In this document: one piece after another, positions 46,471-51,391 of the stretch
How positions within the stretch are numbered: the stretch's first letter is position 1
Layout of the letters: each line of letters begins with the position of its first letter
Assembly (NCBI GenBank): GCA_039714075.1
Contig: JBDLKA010000016.1
Span: 1-51,391 of the forward strand
Reading direction: 5' to 3'
Length of the DNA stretch: 51,391 nt
DNA from: Candidatus Krumholzibacteriota bacterium
GTDB lineage: Bacteria > Krumholzibacteriota > Krumholzibacteriia > LZORAL124-64-63
Program-made: the position numbers and the translations under genes
Notes under the pieces: model-generated
Databases searched by the model: none
Seen by the model: only the letters and a program-made list of their open reading frames with translations
Told to the model about the DNA's origin: nothing

Positions 46471-48141
46471 CTACTGTAGCGAGACCAGGACCAGGACCGT
46501 GCCCTGGCCGTTTCCCAGGGCCGTCATCGCCTTGCCCAGAATGGCGCCCTGGGCCTGTCCGTGATCGGTCACCTTCATGGCGTGACCGGGAGTAGGCGAA
46601 GTGGTCAGCAGGTCGCCGGGCTCGATGGCGCCGAAAGACGCGTCCACCTTGCAGTAGACACGGCCGGTCAGCGCCACGGGGAATTCCCCATCCGCCTCGG
46701 AGCCCTTCTGGCCCATCAACAGGCCGGGCTTGACGCCGTCGGCACCGCTGACGATGCCCGCCACCCTGCGATCGTAAGCCTCGGTGCTCAGACACAGGTC
46801 GCCGGGAGATGAAGGGTCGATGCTCACCACCGAACCGGGATCGACCGCCCGCGCGCCCGCGGCCACGTCGAAGTGTTCGGAGAGGTCCGCCCCGCCCGTG
46901 ATCTCGACGACGTTGGCCACGATGCGGCTTTCGCCCGTGTTGTTGTAGTCGCCGTGCAGAGTGATCGACTGGGTTCCGGCGGCCGTGTAGAGCTCTATCT
47001 CGCCGCCCCGGTCGGCGGTGGCCGTGTGGCCGTGAGCTTGGATCCGAACTCCATTGGTGCCGTCGCCCTGTTCGATCTCCAGCAGGCCACCTGCGCCCGT
47101 GGAGTAATTGGCCACCATCCGGATCGTCCGCTTGTTGGCGGCGTTGTACATATCCAGGGTTCCGCCGCTGGTGTTGCCGCCGAACAGGCTGACCGTACGG
47201 GTGCCGGCCGTATTGCGCATCCGCAGGACCGGACCGCTGGTGGTGCCGGCCCCGTTGGTCCCGGCCCACAGTTCGACGGTGTGGTTGGCCGAGGAATCGA
47301 ACAGGTCGACCGTTTCGGTGGACCCGCCGCTCCCGCCGCCGGCCGTGGTCTGGACCGTACCGTCGGGAAACTTGAACCCGCCGACGGTCGATTCGATGAG
47401 CCCGTTGGCCGCGATCTTGGAGGTGGGACTCGAGATCCCCACGCCGAGCTCACCGGTCCTGGTGAAATACAGGTCGCCTCCGTTTTCGAAGTGCCAGGTC
47501 CCTGTCCCCTCGGTGATGTAGTGGTAGGCCGAGTAGGAATCCGTCCTGTACCCGTAGAACGGCTTGCTCGACGTGCCCCCGAGAGAGCGGATGTACATGC
47601 CGCCCCAGGCGTTGGGCGGGCCTTCTATTCCGAACATCTCGGCCGTGGTCACGGTTGTGTTGCGCCCGATTCCCACGAACCCGGTGTTGGTGTTGGAGAT
47701 CGCCGTACCACTCTCGGCCCAGAACCCGCTGCCGCCGCCACTGCCGCCGTTCAGGGCGTGGATGGCGTAGGGCACCACGGTAATCTGCTGGCGGGGGGCC
47801 AGGGCGACGAACGGCAGGGTGTTGCCGGGATCATGGGGGTTGCGCACGCGGATTTCCAGCCACCGTTCGTCCCCGTTCCAGTTGACGGCCGCCCAATCCA
47901 GCAGAACCGAGAACACACCGTTGTCCACCGTCACATTGGTGAACTGGTAACCGCCCGCGATCTGGGACCCACCGGTTTCAGCATCATGGAGATAGAACTG
48001 GAAATCGACCTGGCCGTCCACGGGTCCACCACCGAGATCCAATCTGCCCTGGTAGGTGAATGCGTTGCTGACCGGCCCCGCCTGGACAACAGCCAGGGGC
48101 AGCAGCAGAACTAGCATCAGCATGGTTAATATCGTCTTCAT
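46471..48141 (-). CDS. Secreted phage-fibre-like protein with C-terminal intramolecular-chaperone-like domain
   Basis: Signal peptide; FTYQGRL N-domain ending VPYAIHA; VGIG motifs; FKFPDGTVQTT; Gly-rich beta repeats; C-terminal GADLSEHF...GIVS...PVALTGRVYCKV...GDLLTTS. GGGAGG upstream of ATG 48141. Confidence 0.8.
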   Translation of the reverse strand: MKTILTMLMLVLLLPLAVVQAGPVSNAFTYQGRLDLGGGPVDGQVDFQFYLHDAETGGSQIAGGYQFTNVTVDNGVFSVLLDWAAVNWNGDERWLEIRVRNPHDPGNTLPFVALAPRQQITVVPYAIHALNGGSGGGSGFWAESGTAISNTNTGFVGIGRNTTVTTAEMFGIEGPPNAWGGMYIRSLGGTSSKPFYGYRTDSYSAYHYITEGTGTWHFENGGDLYFTRTGELGVGISSPTSKIAANGLIESTVGGFKFPDGTVQTTAGGGSGGSTETVDLFDSSANHTVELWAGTNGAGTTSGPVLRMRNTAGTRTVSLFGGNTSGGTLDMYNAANKRTIRMVANYSTGAGGLLEIEQGDGTNGVRIQAHGHTATADRGGEIELYTAAGTQSITLHGDYNNTGESRIVANVVEITGGADLSEHFDVAAGARAVDPGSVVSIDPSSPGDLCLSTEAYDRRVAGIVSGADGVKPGLLMGQKGSEADGEFPVALTGRVYCKVDASFGAIEPGDLLTTSPTPGHAMKVTDHGQAQGAILGKAMTALGNGQGTVLVLVSLQ

Positions 48142-48182
48142 CGAAGGGCCTCCCTGGGCGCCATGGGTTGTCGGGTTGTCCG

Positions 48183-48752
48183 TCATTTCAACAGAGTCAT
48201 TTTCTTGGTTCCGGACACGTTGCCGGCTTCGAAACGAATGAAGTAGATGCCGCTGGCTGCGTTTCCGCCCTGGTCGTTCCTGCCGTTCCAGGCCACTTCG
48301 TGCCGGCCGGCGGGATAGTCCTCGCGCACGAGATCCCGGACCATCTGGCCGCGGGCGTCATAGATCTTCACCCGCACCCGACCGGCGGTTGCCAATTCGA
48401 AGCGAATGTTGGTGGAGGGATTGAAGGGGTTCGGGTAGGGGGCGTTCAGGCGGTTGACCAGCGGAGTGGCCGGCAGTTCTTCCCCCACGGCGGATACGGA
48501 CGGCAGCGAAGTATTCCAGAATCCCGACCGAACCACCAAACCGGGTAACAGCAGGGATTCAAACGAATCGCCGGTCGCGGGCTGCCCCGCCGTTCCGGTC
48601 ACCTTCAACGCGCCACTGGAACTGGTCCCCCCACCCCCGCTGGACAATCCAAAGCTGAGGTTGTAGACCCCGTCCGCCAGGACATCGGCCGCCAATGCGG
48701 CCAGGATGAGGAACAGGATCACCATTCCAGGCATCGTCAGATTCAGCTTCAT
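48183..48752 (-). CDS. Small secreted protein: Gly/Ser-rich beta segment plus FlgD-like/T9SS-type CTD
   Basis: Signal peptide; SSGGGGTSSSG...GTAGQP...SGFW; PYPNPFNPST...WNGRNDQG...SGIYF...KKMTLLK. Confidence 0.85.
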   Translation of the reverse strand: MKLNLTMPGMVILFLILAALAADVLADGVYNLSFGLSSGGGGTSSSGALKVTGTAGQPATGDSFESLLLPGLVVRSGFWNTSLPSVSAVGEELPATPLVNRLNAPYPNPFNPSTNIRFELATAGRVRVKIYDARGQMVRDLVREDYPAGRHEVAWNGRNDQGGNAASGIYFIRFEAGNVSGTKKMTLLK

Positions 48753-48865
48753 TGCGGGGCCTCCCCAACCGCTTCAAACAGGTGTATTTTTCTCCTTGTT
48801 TGATATAACGGAAAATGGGGACCGATCCGGACAGCCTTGGACAAAAAAGGGTTGGGGTTACAATT

Positions 48866-49017
48866 GTGCCTTCGAAATTGTGTCTGTCCCCATCGAAGAC
48901 CCAAACATCAAAAAGAGGTGTCCCCGGGGACACCTCTTTTTGCCATTTCGTTATGGTGGCCCCCGAATTCCATCACCATGACCGGCAATCCGGTGTGGGA
49001 CACAATTTCGAAGGCAC
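48866..49017. repeat. Nested palindromic element containing copy 2 of the 34-bp palindrome
   Basis: Perfect 19-bp inverted repeats GTGCCTTCGAAATTGTGTC (48866-48884) and GACACAATTTCGAAGGCAC (48999-49017) enclose the perfect palindrome CAAAAAGAGGTGTCCCC|GGGGACACCTCTTTTTG (48909-48942). Confidence 0.88.
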
Positions 49018-49020
49018 GAC

Positions 49021-49665
49021 CTACTGCTTGGGTTGTCTTTCCCAACGCGACCGGAAGTCACGACTGGCTTCCCGGACCATGTCGTGGATCAACAATCCGT
49101 ATTGACGTTCCCGATCCGGCAGGCTGACCGACCCATCCCCTTGCACGCTGCCGTCCAGGCTGGCGAGTTCGATCCAGCGGGAACTGCTGCCGGTCCAGAT
49201 GATGGCCCCCCGGTTCGTGTCGTGCAGTTTCGCGTCGAGGGTCCCGTCGAGGCGGATCTGGGCCTTGAGCGAATTCAGATTCAGTCCACGGTCCAGATCG
49301 ACATCCACCTTCGGTTGCGATTCCTTGAGGCCCAGATCGCCGGTAAGGATCTTGTCCACCGCGAATTTCCTGCCGATTTCCTGCACGGCCGTGCCCGAGA
49401 GCCGGGTTTCCCCGATCTCCGCCAGGACTTCTTCCTGATCGCCCAGATCCACGAAGGCGACCCCGGGCTGTTCTTCATGGATGGCTTGCATGAACCTGCT
49501 GGTAACGTCCTGGTCGTCCTCGTCGGCACCTTGAGAGGTGAACGTCAGGACGCCGACCGTCTCGCTACGGTCCATCATCATGCGCGGGGGGACCTGGACC
49601 TTTACCGTGGAAGAACAGGCCACAAGGGCGAAGAGGGGCAGGATCATGAGATATTGGCGTTTCAT
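49021..49665 (-). CDS. Hypothetical lipoprotein (CsgG/LpoB-like alpha-beta fold possible)
   Basis: GGAGG RBS; lipobox LVAC; IGRKFAVDKILTG...GAIIW pattern. Confidence 0.7.
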   Translation of the reverse strand: MKRQYLMILPLFALVACSSTVKVQVPPRMMMDRSETVGVLTFTSQGADEDDQDVTSRFMQAIHEEQPGVAFVDLGDQEEVLAEIGETRLSGTAVQEIGRKFAVDKILTGDLGLKESQPKVDVDLDRGLNLNSLKAQIRLDGTLDAKLHDTNRGAIIWTGSSSRWIELASLDGSVQGDGSVSLPDRERQYGLLIHDMVREASRDFRSRWERQPKQ

Positions 49666-49820
49666 GGGAACCTCCAGCGAAATCGTATTAACATACTGTT
49701 TGATCGTCATATCGGAATCCCACGCAGGGTCTTAAGTGAAATCCAACGCCAACGCACGGGTCCACCTGCCGTTCAGTCCGGTCTCCTGCCGGTCAGGCGT
49801 GCCCGCTTTGTGAAAAGCTG

Positions 49821-49854
49821 AAAGAAAAAACCGGCCGCCCCTGGGGACGGCCGG
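49821..49854 (-). terminator. Rho-independent terminator after pntB
   Basis: Stem CCGGCCG / CGGCCGG followed by TTTTTTCTTT on the minus strand. Confidence 0.85.
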
Positions 49855-49878
49855 CGATTGAAAACGATGGGTCGGCAA

Positions 49879-51267
49879 TCAGCCCTCTTTCAGCGCTGTC
49901 ACCAGATCGGTAATGGCTTTCTTACCGTCCCCAAACATCATCAGGCAGTTGTCCGCCGCGAAAAGAGGGTTCGGAATCCCCGCGAAACCCGGGCTGAGCG
50001 ACCGCTTCACCACGACCACGGTCCTGGCCTTGTCCACGTCGATGATGGGCATGCCCGCGATGGGACTCTGCGGGTCGGTGCGGGCCACGGGATTGACCAC
50101 GTCGTTGGCGCCGACGACCATGCACACGTCGATCTGCTCGATCTCGTTGTTGATGTCGTCCATCTCGCGCAGCTTGTCGTAGGGCACGTCGGCCTCCGCC
50201 AAAAGCACGTTCATGTGGCCGGGCATACGGCCGGCCACCGGATGGATGCCGTATTCCACGGTGATGCCGCGCGCTTCGAGTACGTTCGCCATGTCGCGCA
50301 CGATGTGCTGCGCCTGGGCCACGGCCAGACCGTAACCGGGCACCACCAGGACGCGCTGGGCGGTATCGAAGAGCATCGCGACTTCATCGGGGCTGGTCGC
50401 CTTGACCTTGCCGCCGTAGACGTCGTCCGCGCTGGGACCATCGGCGCTGGGACCCAGTTTCCCGAACAGGACGTGACCCAGGGAACGGTTCATCGCCACG
50501 CACATGATGTTGGTCAGGATCAGGCCCGAGGCGCCCACCAGGGAGCCGGCGATGATCAGCACGTTGTTCATCAGCACGAAACCGGTCGCCGCCGCGGCCA
50601 GACCCGAGTAGGAGTTCAGCAGCGAGATCACCACGGGCATGTCCGCGCCGCCGATGGGAATGGTCAGCGTGATGCCAAGCACCGCCGCAGCCCCGACGAT
50701 GATCCAGTAGGCGATGGTCGCAGAAGGATCCACCGTCAGCCACGCCACACAGGCCAGGGCGCCCAGGCCGACCAGGGCGTTGAACACCCTCATGCCCGGG
50801 AAGCTGATCTGGCGGCCGGGCAGGATCTCGGCCAGCTTGCCGAAGGCGACCAGCGAACCGGTGAAGGTCACCGCGCCGATCAGGCCCGACAGGCCGGTCG
50901 AAACGGTGGTCTGGGTATCGGGGTCCCGGGCGATCAGGAAAGCCGCGCCGGCCACCATCACACTGGCGCCGCCGCCGAAGCCGTTGAACAGGGCCACCAT
51001 TTCCGGCATCTGGGTCATCTGCACGCGGGTGGCGGCGATGCCGCCGATCAGCCCGCCGATCACCGCGCCCAGCAGGATCCACTGGTAGTCCAGTCCGTTG
51101 GCCAACAGGGTGGCCACGACGGCCAACAGCATGCCCAAGGCGCTGGTCAGGTTGCCCTGCACCGCGGTGCGCGGATGGGTCAGGCCCTTCATCCCCCGGA
51201 TGAACAGGATGCTGGCCACGACGTAGGCCAGGTTCACCCAGCCGGAATCGATCAAAAATCCGCTCAC
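49879..51267 (-). CDS. pntB: NAD(P) transhydrogenase subunit beta
   Basis: MPEMVALFNGFGG, PIGGADMPVVISLLNSYSG, VPGYGLAVAQAQH, HPVAGRMPGHMNVLLAEA, GANDVVNP. Confidence 0.97.
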   Translation of the reverse strand: MSGFLIDSGWVNLAYVVASILFIRGMKGLTHPRTAVQGNLTSALGMLLAVVATLLANGLDYQWILLGAVIGGLIGGIAATRVQMTQMPEMVALFNGFGGGASVMVAGAAFLIARDPDTQTTVSTGLSGLIGAVTFTGSLVAFGKLAEILPGRQISFPGMRVFNALVGLGALACVAWLTVDPSATIAYWIIVGAAAVLGITLTIPIGGADMPVVISLLNSYSGLAAAATGFVLMNNVLIIAGSLVGASGLILTNIMCVAMNRSLGHVLFGKLGPSADGPSADDVYGGKVKATSPDEVAMLFDTAQRVLVVPGYGLAVAQAQHIVRDMANVLEARGITVEYGIHPVAGRMPGHMNVLLAEADVPYDKLREMDDINNEIEQIDVCMVVGANDVVNPVARTDPQSPIAGMPIIDVDKARTVVVVKRSLSPGFAGIPNPLFAADNCLMMFGDGKKAITDLVTALKEG

Positions 51268-51271
51268 GTCA

Positions 51272-51391
51272 TCACCTCTTCTTCCGGAACATGTCGAGCA
51301 TGCGGTGGGTGACCATGTAACCGCCCACGACGTTGACCATGGCGAAGGCCACGGCGCTGACGCCGAGGATGGTCGCGAGCTTGGGGTTGTC
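51272..51391 (-). CDS. pntA: NAD(P) transhydrogenase alpha subunit, C-terminal fragment (runs off window)
   Basis: Translated by hand: DNPKLATILGVSAVAFAMVNVVGGYMVTHRMLDMFRKKR*, immediately upstream of pntB. Confidence 0.92.
   Translation of the reverse strand, partial: DNPKLATILGVSAVAFAMVNVVGGYMVTHRMLDMFRKKR

Noticed and set aside
46471..48141. Prophage remnant suggested by the fibre-like gene
   Set aside because: It has a Sec signal peptide, host-like GC and its own terminator, and there are no other phage genes.
44512..49017. Palindromes as a CRISPR array, integron attC sites or composite transposon ends
   Set aside because: Only two copies 4.4 kb apart, no regular spacers, no evident RYYYAAC/GTTRRRY attC boundaries, and no cas, integrase or transposase in the window.

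Overview
GC-rich bacterial chromosome segment with about 41 CDS, two of them cut by the window edges. I found no rRNA, tRNA, CRISPR array or transposase. Two secreted proteins carry a 'PNPFNP' FlgD-like/T9SS-type C-terminal domain and the aconitase is mitochondrial-type, which suggests (inference) an FCB-group lineage such as Krumholzibacteriota/Latescibacterota. Housekeeping genes include aconitase, an RsuA/RluB-family pseudouridine synthase, MltF, MscS, a Ca/Na antiporter and pntAB. Four things stand out. (1) A ~12 kb minus-strand gene run contains a porin, a small periplasmic binding protein and a HAMP sensor kinase with a degenerate ATP-binding domain. The same run holds a sensorless intact kinase, two paralogous receivers (one fused to PP2C) and an NTT-HEAT-cNMP transporter. 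(2) A 19-heme cytochrome c/cytochrome b fusion appears to have arisen by duplication of an 8-heme module. (3) A two-gene unit pairs a small CTD-bearing protein with a phage-fibre-like secreted protein. (4) There is a heme-oxygenase-like diiron enzyme and a set of long intergenic palindromes, including a 34-bp palindrome present twice. Family assignments come from motif recognition only; no searches were run.
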